Shown: positions 40,949 through 52,367 of the stretch, piece after piece | How positions within the stretch are numbered: the first letter of the stretch is position 1 | How the letters are laid out: every line of letters begins with the position of its first letter | From: Octopus sinensis | Taxonomy: Eukaryota | DNA length: 64,000 nt | Direction: 5' to 3' | NCBI RefSeq assembly: GCF_006345805.1 | Contig: NC_043001.1 | Coordinates: forward strand, 122,946,001 to 123,010,000 | Position numbers and translations under genes: made by a program | The notes under the pieces: model-generated | Seen by the model: the letters and a program-made list of their open reading frames with translations, nothing else | What the model was told of the DNA's origin: nothing | Database searches by the model: none

Positions 40949-41064
40949 GGTTGGCAGGAAACGGCAACCTCAACCAAGCGTATGCTGATTCTATTGTGGA
41001 GACATTCGACGACCTTCACGTAGAATTTGGAAAAACTCTAAACGAGAAAGATGAGAAAAAAAAG
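40949..41064 (+). CDS. GST: Sigma-class GST exon (GLAGNGNLNQAYADSIVETFDDLHVEFGKTLNEKDEKKK)
   Basis: Acceptor tatatttcAG and donor GTactg at 41065; phase 1/0. Joins the previous exon in frame to give the typical ...REYGLAG..N...A..D.IVE motif. Confidence 0.92.
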
Positions 41065-41504
41065 GTACTGATAACTTATTTTTTTAATTATTGACTAGAA
41101 AATTACGGAGGTGTACTTGCATAGCAAGTAACTTGATCTGAAATCGTGTTCTCAATCAAAAACAGTTACAGCGTGGAAGATGTTTGTAAGTCATTTAAGA
41201 ACACAAAAAAACCGTTAGTTTCACTTCAACATTTAAATTTAATTTGTGTCAAAATACTTTTGTTGCTTTGAAACCGCGACAAAACTTTGTGCAGCACGCA
41301 GGTCGCGGTTTCAAAGTGACGAAAGTATTTTGATACAAATTAAATTTAAATGTTGGAAAATTATTAATTTTATACCATCTTAACTCCTAACTGTAAAATA
41401 GTTTCAAATTAATTTTATGACTTGGATGTTAAAAGGAGTAACGACCATCTCCAAAAACTATATAAAATTGTTTCAAATTTAGACACAATGCCAGTGGCAC
41501 GGGG

Positions 41505-41930
41505 GGGCAGTCAGGCAGCACTGGCATTGGCCACAACTAAGATTTCACTTGACTCAACAGGTCTCAAACACAGCATATTGCTCGACGATTGAAGAGTACT
41601 CTTAAATGGGCCGGTTATGCGACACTGGCATCGGCCACGGCTACGATCTCACTTGCGCTTGCCGGGTCTTCTCAAGTACAGCATATCTCCAAATGTCTCG
41701 GTCGCTTGTCATTACTTCTGTGAGGCCCAACGTTCGAAGGTCGTGCTTCACCACCTCATCCCAGGTCTACCTCTTCCACAGGTTCCCTCCACTGTTAAGG
41801 TGTGACACTTTTTCACACAGCTGTCCTCATCCATACGCAACACGTGACCATACTAGCGCAGTCATCTCTCTTGCACACCTTATCTGATGCTTCTTATGTC
41901 CAACTTTTCTCTCGGGATGCTTACTTGTGA
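41505..41930 (-). mobile_element. RTE LINE 3' end in a GST intron
   Basis: Minus strand encodes YGHVLRMDEDSCVKKCHTLTVEGTCGRGRP..TWDEVVKHDLRTLGLTE...DRDIWRYAVLEK. Confidence 0.85.
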
Positions 41931-42105
41931 ATTCAGTGTTTTATATACAAGAATGTTTGCAACTGTCTGTAACATAGCGTTCTCTCTCTCTCACTCTCTC
42001 TCACTCTCTCACTCTCTCAATCTCTCAATACACAGTTGTTTTTTCTTTTCATATTTTAATTCATTAAAACAGTTTATCTTATATGTATCCTGAAATTTCT
42101 TACAG

Positions 42106-42216
42106 GCCGAGTTGACTTTGCGGTTCCGAAAAGAAACACTACCAAGATATTTAGGCAATTTGGAAAAAGCTTTGAAACGAAATAATGAAGGAACAGGCTA
42201 TTTCGTTGGCGATTCT
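42106..42216 (+). CDS. GST: Sigma-class GST exon (AELTLRFRKETLPRYLGNLEKALKRNNEGTGYFVGDS)
   Basis: Acceptor tttcttacAG and donor GTaaga at 42217; 111 nt, phase 0/0. Contains the LP.YL..LEK.L..N..G.GYFVGDS motif. Confidence 0.93.
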
Positions 42217-43029
42217 GTAAGAAATTTTTATGTGAATGATATATTTTTTCATTTGAATTTTGTTTACCACATATAATTGCAATTAATAATTAGACAGTCG
42301 TGGTTTTTGCTAGATGTGTTATCTTCCACAGGAGTGTGTAGGCTTTTCTGCCCAATGTCCTGACCTGCGCTAGAGCACATAAAGCTAAATATGTCTTCTT
42401 TGTTTCTGTTTGTTTGTTTGTTATTTCATTTCAATTTTCTCCAGTACCCTTCACGATATGTGCCATAATCTTAAATGTCTTTTGATTCCATATGAACTAA
42501 CGACCTTTATTTCAAGGAATGGTAGCGGTACCTTTAATCAAGCAGACATCGTGTTTCTGGAGCCTGGTGCAGCCTCCTGGCTTCCCAGACCCCGGTCGAA
42601 CCGTCCAATCCATGCTAGCGTTGAAAACGGATGTTAAACGATGATGATAATGACAACATAATTACCTGTAAACACTTTATTGAAAAGAAATTAGATCTAC
42701 AGGTTCTTTGAGTTCAAGCTGAAAGACAAAATTGACTGAAACACTATGAAGAAAATTATATGAAAGCCGAGGTCACCATATTTTCAGTAACACAAGTCAA
42801 AATTTTCAGATGAAAATTTACACCAGAACTAATTTATATAAAGACTACTTTCGAGGACCAAAACATTCATGTGAAATGCAACAGGATTGGGAACGACAGT
42901 GACAATATTTGGAATCTTTTCGCTTTGATCGGCAGATTTATTAATAAAAGTTTAATAACTATAATCTTATATTCATACGAATGTAACTGATATGAAATAT
43001 GTCATAAATAACAGTGATAAATTCATATG

Positions 43030-43279
43030 ACACCGCAAATAATTGTTGTTGACAAAGATCCGGAGATATTGTATTCACCTCAACAGTCGTCATTGATTGG
43101 TTGAAATTGCCGAAATTGAAGAAAGTATCTTACAAATACCTTACAAATTACAGAATTTTCTCAATAAAGCCAAGAGAAAAAGATGTTTTATAAACACATT
43201 CTACCAGTATACGAAGTTTAAAAGTGTTTAGTTACAAAGAAATTATTTTAAAAATCTGCCGGTCAAAGCGAAAAGATCC
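43030..43279 (-). mobile_element. One-ended copy of the GGATC-TIR MITE in the last GST intron
   Basis: Reverse complement of the left half of 26248-26556, ending ...aaaagatcc at 43279. Confidence 0.85.
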
Positions 43280-43473
43280 GATATTTGAATATTTATGCTA
43301 CATACTGCATACTACGTCAGTTTGTATGCTGTAAATATCGGATTAGTATAGAAAACCCTTAACTACTTTGGCAATATCTCTTTTCTGCAACATTGAATTT
43401 GTATTGTTTCATTTTTTTGTTGTTTTTCAACCCAGTATTCTGATCTTTTCCTCTTTTTCTATCTCTTTCACAG

Positions 43474-43638
43474 TTAACATGGGCAGATTTGCAAGCTTTC
43501 CATATATTAGATATAACTCTGGGCGATGATGATGAGATCCTGAAGCAGTACCCCAAGCTGGAAGGCTTGAGACAGCGGATTGAAAACTTGCCGCGCATTT
43601 CAATTTACCTACAGACCCGCCCTCAGAGTAAAGTATAG
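43474..43638 (+). CDS. GST: Sigma-class GST terminal exon (LTWADLQAFHILDITLGDDDEILKQYPKLEGLRQRIENLPRISIYLQTRPQSKV*)
   Basis: Long polypyrimidine tract plus cAG acceptor; 165 nt ending in TAG. Contains the N-capping LTWADL motif and a C-terminal P.I..YL..RP motif. Confidence 0.93.
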   Translation, partial: LTWADLQAFHILDITLGDDDEILKQYPKLEGLRQRIENLPRISIYLQTRPQSKV

Positions 43639-45844
43639 ATCCAGGAGGTGAAATCTCTAAACAGAATGGAACGACAATTTAGAAAGAAAGAAATTTTCCT
43701 TTCATGATTTTTTTTAATTGCTCACTTACCATGTCTTTTGTCCACCTCTCTCACCATTTTAATGATAATGTTCATTAATGACAGATTAGCATTAACACAT
43801 CAATCTGTTTTACATTAACCCTAACTCTAGTTTAATGTATATTATTAGGAATTAAATCTTAACATCTCTTAAATTAAACTTAATTTATTTTCATTATAGT
43901 CAAAACGCTTTTTTCCCCAGCCTTGTACTGTAAACTTTTGTGCTGAAATTCTTGGCCTTTGTGTAATACAAAACAAGCATTTGTACTTGTGATTATGTAC
44001 TTGATGAGACAATGTAATCAAATTTAAATTTAAAACCTTAGCTACAGCGATGTGCTGTAAACCTTTTTGGTATCATATGTTAAATATCTCCCCCGCATTT
44101 TGAAATTTTCTCTAATTCCATATTTCTATCAATTTTGCGTCTAAAACAAAAAAATCTCTAACATTGTATGAAACAGTAAATTAGCATTTTCATTATTTAA
44201 CATCTTTCAAATTGATTTCCAGTATCATAGGCTATTTTAATAGGACCGTTATTGGCAAATCTATAATTAACTTACATCGACCATATTGTTTTTAACAAAC
44301 AGTATAAGCACAACAAATATAATCTCAAAACTAATTTGGTGGGGTTTTCGCTAACTTTGTGAGAACGATCTTTGCGTTAGTTTCCCAATAATGCAAAACA
44401 GATATTGCAGTTGGGACTGTATGTATGTGTGAGAGTGTGGTTTTTGCTGGTTTTTCTAAAAAATTAAAAATTATAAATGAAAAATGCAAGGCAGTAGTTT
44501 GAAAGGGAATATGAATAAATGCTTGTGTATGATTAACTCTAAATGCGGAATTAAAATTGGTTAGCAACGGGTAGATATTCCATGTAAGAACATGCGGTGA
44601 ACACTGCAGTATTAGATTAAGCAATAGCGACATTGAAAGACCTAAGGAATAAAGGGACCGCTTTTGTTTGATATGTGTACTTTTCCATGCTGGCACGGGT
44701 TGGCGAATTTTTCTGAGACAACATTTTACGTATGGCCAGATGCCCTTTCTTCACCATCCCTTATAGTTGCCTTTTACTACACGCTGGGATGCGGTATACC
44801 TATTCTGTACCCGGATACACACGGTGTAAATCATAAGACGAAGTAGTTATTTTAACACATTCTTTAGGGCGGTACTCCCAGATTAACTTAACCGTAATGG
44901 CTAAATCCAACTAAAGGATTTATCAATAATCTGTGACCTTAAAATGGTTGACTTCTGTTTATTTTGTAAAATTTTAAAAAGTTTTCAAATTAGCTCTATC
45001 TGATATAATAGTTTCAAGTATTATTGTTCCATTCAAACATAAATATCTTGCAAAACATTATTATAAAAAATTATATTTATTTTGAAGATGTACGCCACCA
45101 TACTTTATATATGTATGTATATATATTACATATTTATATATATATATAAATTTAGTGATAAAGCTCAGTGTTGCAAAAGATATTATAAACTTGTTTCGGT
45201 AGTGTAGCGAGGTGAAACTGATAACAAAAATACAACCAATAACTTAATGATATAGCCATCATTTTTACCTTATTTATTGTTGAAATCTGTCTGTACGTAA
45301 CATTTCTGTTCTCTGGAGATAATTTTGTTGTGAAGAAGCATAATAATAATAATAAAGATTACAATAATGGCAATTACATTGCCGCTTTATATTGTTGGGA
45401 TTTTACCCATAATAATTCTCTATTTCTCTTTCTTCTTTTTCTCTCTCCAGATAGCATAATGGAGATTTTATTTTTTACATATGTGTAATAAAGCATTTTC
45501 TCTTATATTTATTCCTCAATCATCCTTCTAAGTAGTCACATTTTAATGTTTTAAAGTTGACTGATCAATTTTTAAATAAATATATATAATGATTTTGTGT
45601 GTCGAAGACTTTAGTCATATTTTTGTTGTTCTAAATAAGAACATCGTGAAAATTAAAATTTTGGTTTCAGAGAAATTACTCGGGCTTTTCTTTAAAAAAA
45701 AAAATTTAAATTAACCTCTACACCATTTCTAACCATCTTTTACTCTCTCCTCACATTCTTATAAAACTACCTCCTTCAAACTCCTTGATACAGCGTATTT
45801 ATCCTCTCTTATACTCACCTTCTTGAATCTTGAGATGCTCTGGC

Positions 45845-47408
45845 ATCTTAAAATGTGTAAGTATCTGTTGCGTGAAGATCTGAGCCCAAATAAAGGTTTT
45901 ACAAAGAAAAAGTAAAAAAACTGTAACAGCATGAATCTTGTAAAAGAGGATTTTGTTTATAATTACTTCTAGAAACAGTAACGAGATGATTCTCACTGAT
46001 TCAGGCAAGTTCTTTGGATCTTTTTGGTTTGACCGGCAGTTTTTTAAAATAATTTCCACGTAACTAAACACTTTCAAACTTCGTATACTGGTAGTATGTG
46101 TTTATAAAACACCTTTTCTCTTGGCTTTATTGAGAAAATTCTATAGTTTGTAAAATATTTCTTGATTTCTTTTTTTCTGCAATTTCAACCAATCAATGAC
46201 GTCTATTGAGGTGATAACATTCTGTGCCGTATGAATATGTCCCTCGTTTAAGAAACAGATTGGGTTTATTTACATTTCTGAAGAAAAAAAGATCCCCTTC
46301 CCTCACCCCTAACCCTAACTCTAACCCTAAAACAGATTGAAATGCAATAGATCGATACCATCTTTCTAGATTCTGCCCCCCCCCCACCCTCATATAATGT
46401 CAGCTAGCCTTGGATCTCCTTCACAACAAGACACTTGGGCTTGTTCCTCTATCATAGTTCAGCCTCTCAACTTCTGGCTTAAAATCACCGCCTACTCCTT
46501 CTTAGATCTTCTTTCTTAGTGGAAGGGGCTTTTTTCTGTTCTTGTCTTAAGAGTTACTTGGTGACCTCACTCGGATCAGTAGAATGAAAAAAAGTACCCA
46601 GTACCTACTGTATAGTGGTTGGCGATGGAAAGGACATCCAGCCATAGAAGACATGTTAAAACTTACAGCGGAGCTCAAAGTGGCCCTCGAGCTTGCCGGA
46701 TTCTGTCAAACTCAACCAATGTCAAAATGGAAAACAGATGTTAAATGATGAATTACTAAACGAATTAATATCCCATTTTAAATTCTAAAATGGGAACCAT
46801 TAAAAGAACTGAATCTTTTCGGTTTGACCGGCAGTTTTTTCTAGCGGTGTCATATGAAATTGTCACCCATAATTATGGCCCTAGTATCGATCTATTCCAT
46901 TTCAATCTGTTTTAGGGTTAGAGTTATGGTTAGGGGTGGGGGGAAGGGTATCTTTTTTTCTTCAGAAATGTAAATAAACCCAATCTTGTTTCTTAAACGA
47001 GGTACATATTCATACGGCACAATGTTTTCACCTCAATAGACGTCATTGACTGGTTGAAATTGCAGAAATTGAAGAAGAAAAAAAACAACAAATATCTTAC
47101 AAACTATAGAATTTTCTCAATAAAGCCAAGAGGAAAATGTGTATTATAAACACATTCTATCTGTATACGAAGTTCAAAAGTGTTTAGTTACATGGAAATT
47201 ATTTAAAAAAACTGCCGGTCAAACTGAAAAGATCCAAAGAACTTGCCTCCAGCAGTGAGTATCATCTCGTTACTATTTCTAAAAATAATTATAAACAAAA
47301 TCCTCTTTTACAAGATTCATGCTACTACAGTTTTTTTTTTCTTTTTCTTTGTAAAACCTTTATTTGAGCTCAGATCTTCACGCAACAGATACTTACACAT
47401 TTTAAGAT
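45845..47408. repeat. Large imperfect inverted repeat (arms 45845-46358 and 46884-47408) built from MITE copies plus ~170 bp of flanking DNA
   Basis: 45845-46015 is the reverse complement of 47236-47408, and the similarity continues through the MITE sequence. Confidence 0.9.
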
Positions 47409-47911
47409 AGTGTTACCTTACAAATATTACAAAAAACAATGAGCATGTTGACTTAAATGCCTGTCGAATGTGACCATGAGTCTACACAAACCAAACTTTG
47501 AAACAGATGTTTTCCAAGATACACAAAAGCTGCATGTGAAAACTCAGCATGAATGAAATTTATTAAGATAAAAAAAAGCGTGAAGTGTTTTTATCTTCTT
47601 TCCCAACATCGTAACCTTGTACAGAATTTATTTTTAAAAAATCCAGAAACTTCAAAATTAAATTTTGTAAATATCATAAAAAATAACATTAATGAGCTAA
47701 AAAGAACAACACCTTTATGGAAATATGAATGTCATGTGACGAGGATAATATCACATTTTTAAAAAATACCAAAACACAGGATATCAAATATTTAAAATTT
47801 TTATTTCGATACATTCAATGTACAAATAAAAAAAAAAATTATGTAAGTTAATAGACATCTCACAAGAAAGGCAAGTATTTGAAAAATCAATATGCAATAC
47901 ACTCCTGTAAA

Positions 47912-48230
47912 AAGGCGCATGGCTCAGTAGTGGTTAGAGGTTGTGAGCTCGAATCTTGAACCGGGCTGCGTGTTGTGTCCTTGAGCAAGACACTTTATTT
48001 CCCGTTGCTCCAGTTCACTCAGCTGTAGAAATGAGTTGCGACGTCACAGGTGCGAAGCTGTAAGGCCCCTTTGCCTTTCCCTTGGATAACATCAGTGGTG
48101 TGGAGAGGAGAGGCCGGTATGCATGGGCGACTGCTGGTCTTCCATAAACAACCTTGCCCGGACTTGTGCCTGGGAGGGTAACTATCTAGGTGCAATCCCA
48201 TGGTCTGTGCCGTGACCGTAGGGGGTCTCA
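47912..48230 (+). mobile_element. SINE family C head with a third tail type
   Basis: Head and central tgtgtccttgagcaagacactttatttc motif match 1897-2222; the tail differs. Confidence 0.75.
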
Positions 48231-49417
48231 GATTGTAAAAAGCATAAGAGAAATCTAAACTCAGTTATCAGGATCAAATAAAATCACAAATATACAGCTA
48301 AACTATGTAGAGTTTTAAACAATCACTGTACTCCTTTATAACAAACTATCACTATGACCCGGCAATGCTGGGTCATAGTGCTAGTGCATGCATATACAGC
48401 TGCGTGCACACATGCGAGTACTGTCCAAATCTCCGACCAGTCACATACATCTAGCTGGCATTCAATTGGCGTACAAGTTTCTGGCATTTCAATTGGGTTT
48501 TGGATAGAAAATTCACCAAAAATCAATTCTATTGATTTTTTAATGGCTTTGCGGGGTGACTGGGGAAATGTAAAGATGTGCACGACCACCCTTGGACGGT
48601 TTTAAATGACCATAGAAAGTGCGAGCCCTCTAACTGAAAAATTGTGGATTTGTATAAAGGGCACACACGCAGACATTTTGCCATTTATATATAGAGAGAT
48701 TGTACCATCATTACTAAATTTCAAGAACCAGGGCAAAATCATAGCCCCAGAATCATTTCACTCCTATGCATACTCAAGCATTTTAGAAACTTATTCCTTC
48801 TTATCACTAACCAACATATTTCCCCTCTTGAATTTAAATTACTACACGTACGATTCCAATTGCCATTGACATTAACAAAGATTTCTACCTCCATTCCCTA
48901 CAGCCTTCTTACAGGCACTACTCAGTAAAAATCTTTAAGAAACGACAGAAAATTGGTTAACAAACTACCAGTCGTGTCACGAAGCCTTTGTAGCATACAA
49001 GGACAAATACTTACAGAATTTTTCCGACTTGGGAACACCAGGCCCATCATTTCTCTTATTATTCCAAACAGCCTGCCCGAATTTTCCGTTGCTCTTCACA
49101 ACATAGTCAACTAACACCACACATATTTTCCCATTATTCATCAGACACTGTCTTATAAGCCCTGTCTCACATCAGATTCATAGAAAGCTAGCTCCAAAGC
49201 AAGACTTAGAAGCGCACCTATGAAATCTATTAGTTCTTTCATACTATAGATGTCACCCCATTCTTTACACTCGTTAAGATAAGCATACGAGAAACAGATG
49301 ACAAAGACAAGGAAACGCAAAAGACATAGTAAAGAAACTCAACTATGTCGAAACGACAGATACAATACTTGAAAGAAACAAGTGTACAAGCAATACAGCG
49401 CATCTATTATGGACCAT

Positions 49418-49721
49418 GTGGAGGCGCAATGGCCCAGTGGTTAGGGCAACGGACTCGCGGTCGGAGGATCGCGGTTTCGATTCCCAGACCGGGAGTTGTG
49501 TGTGTTTGAGGCTCCGGCAGGAGGTGGTGGTTACCCCTGTTGTACTCTTTCGCCACAACTTTCTCTCACCCTCTCTCTTCCTGTTTCTTGAGTAACGCTG
49601 CGATGGACTGGCGTCCCGTCCAGCTGGGGGGAACACATACGCCACAGAAACCGGAAAACCGGGCCCATGAACCTGGCTAGGCTTGAAAAGGGTGACGTTT
49701 ATCGTTTTTTTTGTTTTTATC
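49418..49721 (+). mobile_element. SINE family R head with 'gatggactggcgtcccgtccag' tail
   Basis: 9-bp TSD atggaccat (49409-49417, 49722-49730). Confidence 0.9.
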
Positions 49722-49747
49722 ATGGACCATACGAGTTCTGTCTAGAT

Positions 49748-49920
49748 CAGTGCTGCGCAACCGGTATTCCGTGGCACACTGGTGTGCCATGAAACGATGC
49801 TGGGTGTGCCGCAGTGTAACCTGAATATAATTTTTTCCTTATATTTTTAGCTCAAGTGCGTCGCCGAATTTTGTAAAGAATATAAGTATTCAGCAAGTGA
49901 AAAAAGGTTGCGGAACATTG
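49748..49920. mobile_element. hAT (Charlie-like) MITE
   Basis: Imperfect TIRs cagtgctgcgcaacc / ggttgcggaacattg; 8-bp TSD gtct(a/g)gat of the nTCTAGAn type. Confidence 0.8.
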
Positions 49921-50109
49921 GTCTGGATCACCAACCTCTCTGTAAATTAATTGCGCAGAACGGGTTATGCATCAAGACAGGTTGTACACAGACTACACCC
50001 ACAATAAGTTCTGTCTCAAGTCCCAGGACACATAGCGCCGGTTACTCGATTTCCATGGTGTATAAGTGACCGAGGTTGCAGCTTCTCCCGAATGGAACAA
50101 CATTCCATC

Positions 50110-50510
50110 ATCATCATTGTTCGACCGTGGTCGAGACAATGGAATTTACTATGTTACGCCAGACTTCACGGTCCATCACAGCATTACGGAGGTCCTGTTG
50201 CTGGATGCCTGTAACCCTGGAGATTACATCAGGGCAGGAGAGTGCGCGCCCTCTGGTATTGCGAGCAGATGGCTTCTAGAGAAGAGTAGAAATTACCTCG
50301 TTTCCAGCTCTACAACAATGTCCAGCAAACTGGACTCTTCTACCTTTCACAAGAGATGATACAGGTGGTAGTTTCCCATATATTTGTACTTTGGTTGGAT
50401 AACGCTTCCACGAGAGATTTTGAGCTCTCATAAGGAGACGAGTGTAAGTTCCATCCAACCGCCTCTCAAGCTTCTTTGATAACGTCCAGGTTTCTGAGCC
50501 ATATAGTAGA
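50110..50510 (-). mobile_element. 5'-truncated RTE LINE with a (TGA)n tail, nested in a family C SINE (50030-50662)
   Basis: Encodes LLYGSETWTLSKKLERRLDGTYTRLLMRAQNLSW...RRVQFAGHC; TSD attccatc at 50102-50109 and 50511-50518. Confidence 0.9.
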
Positions 50511-51128
50511 ATTCCATCGTAGAGTTACTCATTTACAGCTAAGTGGACTGGAACAAAGTGAAATCAAGCGTTTTACCCAAGAACACAACGCACCACCCGA
50601 ATCGAAACCATAATGTTGTGATCGTTAGTGCAACACCCTAACCATTAGATCATGCGCCTTCGCAGAGTTTATGCAGCTTATAACCACAGCAAACTTTAAT
50701 CCTCACAGTTCCTGCCAATAGATGAACAGTCACCTCCAAACTCATAAATCATTCTAGAACACTTCAAAGTGTCAGGCAACGTGGTGACAGCCTCCACGTG
50801 ATCTCTCGATCTGTTAGAAATAGCAGCCAAACCGCTCTTAAATTACATCTAGATATCTCTAAAAGGACGGGGTGATCAAAGTTGGAATGCCTTTGATCAC
50901 AAGTCTGTTAAAACAAGGATGACCAAGGGTTAATCAATAGCCACAACAAAATCTTGAAAATAATGTTACTCTAGTTGAACCGAAAGAATTATATATTTTT
51001 AAAAATTACAAATAAACGGAATTATCTGCAACATTATTATCCCCGACACTGCAGCGATGCAGACTAGCAACTTTCCTCCGACTCAGCTGTGACCGTCACC
51101 TGAATCTGCGTGCGTACAGAGATAGACT

Positions 51129-51634
51129 AAGGCGGCGAACTGGCAGAAACGTTAGCACGCCGGGTGAAATGCTTAGCGGTATTTCGTCTGCCGCTACGTT
51201 CTGAGTTCAGATTCCGCCGAGGTCGACTTTGCCTTTCATCCTTTCGGGGTCGATAAATTAAGTACCAGTTACGCACTGGAGTCGATGTAATCGACTTAAT
51301 ACCTATGTCTGTCCCCTCTGTGTTTAGCCCCTTGTGGGTAGTAAAGAAATAGGTATTTCGTCTGCCGTTACGTTCTGAGTTCAGATTCCGCCGAGGTCGA
51401 CTTTGCCTTTCATCCTTTCGGGGTCGATAAATTAAGTACCAGTTACACACTGGACAAACGGACTCAGTCGATTATATCGACCCCAGTGCGTAAACTGGAA
51501 CTTAATTTATCGAACCCGAAAGGATGAAAGGCAAAGTCGACCTCAGCGGAATTTGAACTCTCAACGTTGCGACAGACGAAATACCGCTAAGCATTTCGCC
51601 CGGCGCGCTAACGTTTCTGCCATCTCGCCGCCTT
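51129..51634. mobile_element. Tail-to-tail inverted SINE family A pair
   Basis: + strand dimer at 51129-51452 directly abuts a - strand copy at 51453-51634. Confidence 0.88.
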
Positions 51635-51789
51635 ACGAGGCTGAAAGCAAAATAGTTTAGTGAAAGTGAGACACGTAATAATTAAAGTGTCATTGGAAGA
51701 AATTACTTTTATCTTCTTTCTCCCAGAATCCATTGCACCGCAGAGAGAAGGCACAACCGAAAAGCTTGACTGTATGTAGAACATTTTAA

Positions 51790-52130
51790 ATAATCCGCTT
51801 GTTGGGGCCCCCCCATCCTCTCTCTATCACTCTTTCTCATTCTCCCCCTCTTTCTCATTCTCATCCCCCCCTTTCTCATTCTCATTCTCTCCCTCTCTTT
51901 CTCTCTTTCACGTACGCGTTTTCTCCCTCTTTCATTCTGAGTCGCGCGCTTTCTCTTCATATTCTCTCCCGCGCATTTTGTCCCTCTAGTTTTCTCCCTC
52001 CCTCTCTCTGTCTCTGTCTCTCGCTTTCTCTCTCTTTTTCTCTCACTCTCCCTCCCTCCCTACCCTCCCACTTTCTCTTACTCTTTCCCGCCCCACCCTC
52101 ACTCTTTCTTCTCGTCTCTCCAAGCGACAG
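51790..52130. repeat. Polypyrimidine (CT-rich) low-complexity tract
   Basis: Almost exclusively C/T on the + strand; it explains the spurious Arg/Glu and Ser/Leu/Pro ORFs. Confidence 0.9.
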
Positions 52131-52367
52131 TCGAGAGGGATGGGAAATTAAACTTCGTGTTGTTGGCCAATAAAACATTTGTCAAACAAACGGTGTTCCC
52201 GCTGTTTAGAGAACCATGAGTTATGTCTATCCAAGATACTTGCAAATATACAATTTGGACCGATTCACAATGGATTCTATTCGCCCACAATTCAGCACAG
52301 CCTCAGCAGGATCTATTTGAAGAATATTCCGATGTCCAATTAATTCTAACACCTACGTCTCTTCAAC

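Noticed and set aside
46307-46330. CCCTAA telomere-like repeats
   Set aside because: Only three to four degenerate units, internal to a MITE and mirrored at ~46915-46935; not an interstitial telomere.
49418-49500. tRNA gene calls at SINE heads (here and at other family R, C and B copies)
   Set aside because: A/B-box-like motifs are present, but they continue into SINE bodies with TSDs and lack a proper acceptor stem and terminator.
50505-50662. Apparent SINE-head/LINE-tail chimera
   Set aside because: The SINE tail resumes at 50030-50101 and an 8-bp TSD flanks the LINE, so it is a nested insertion.
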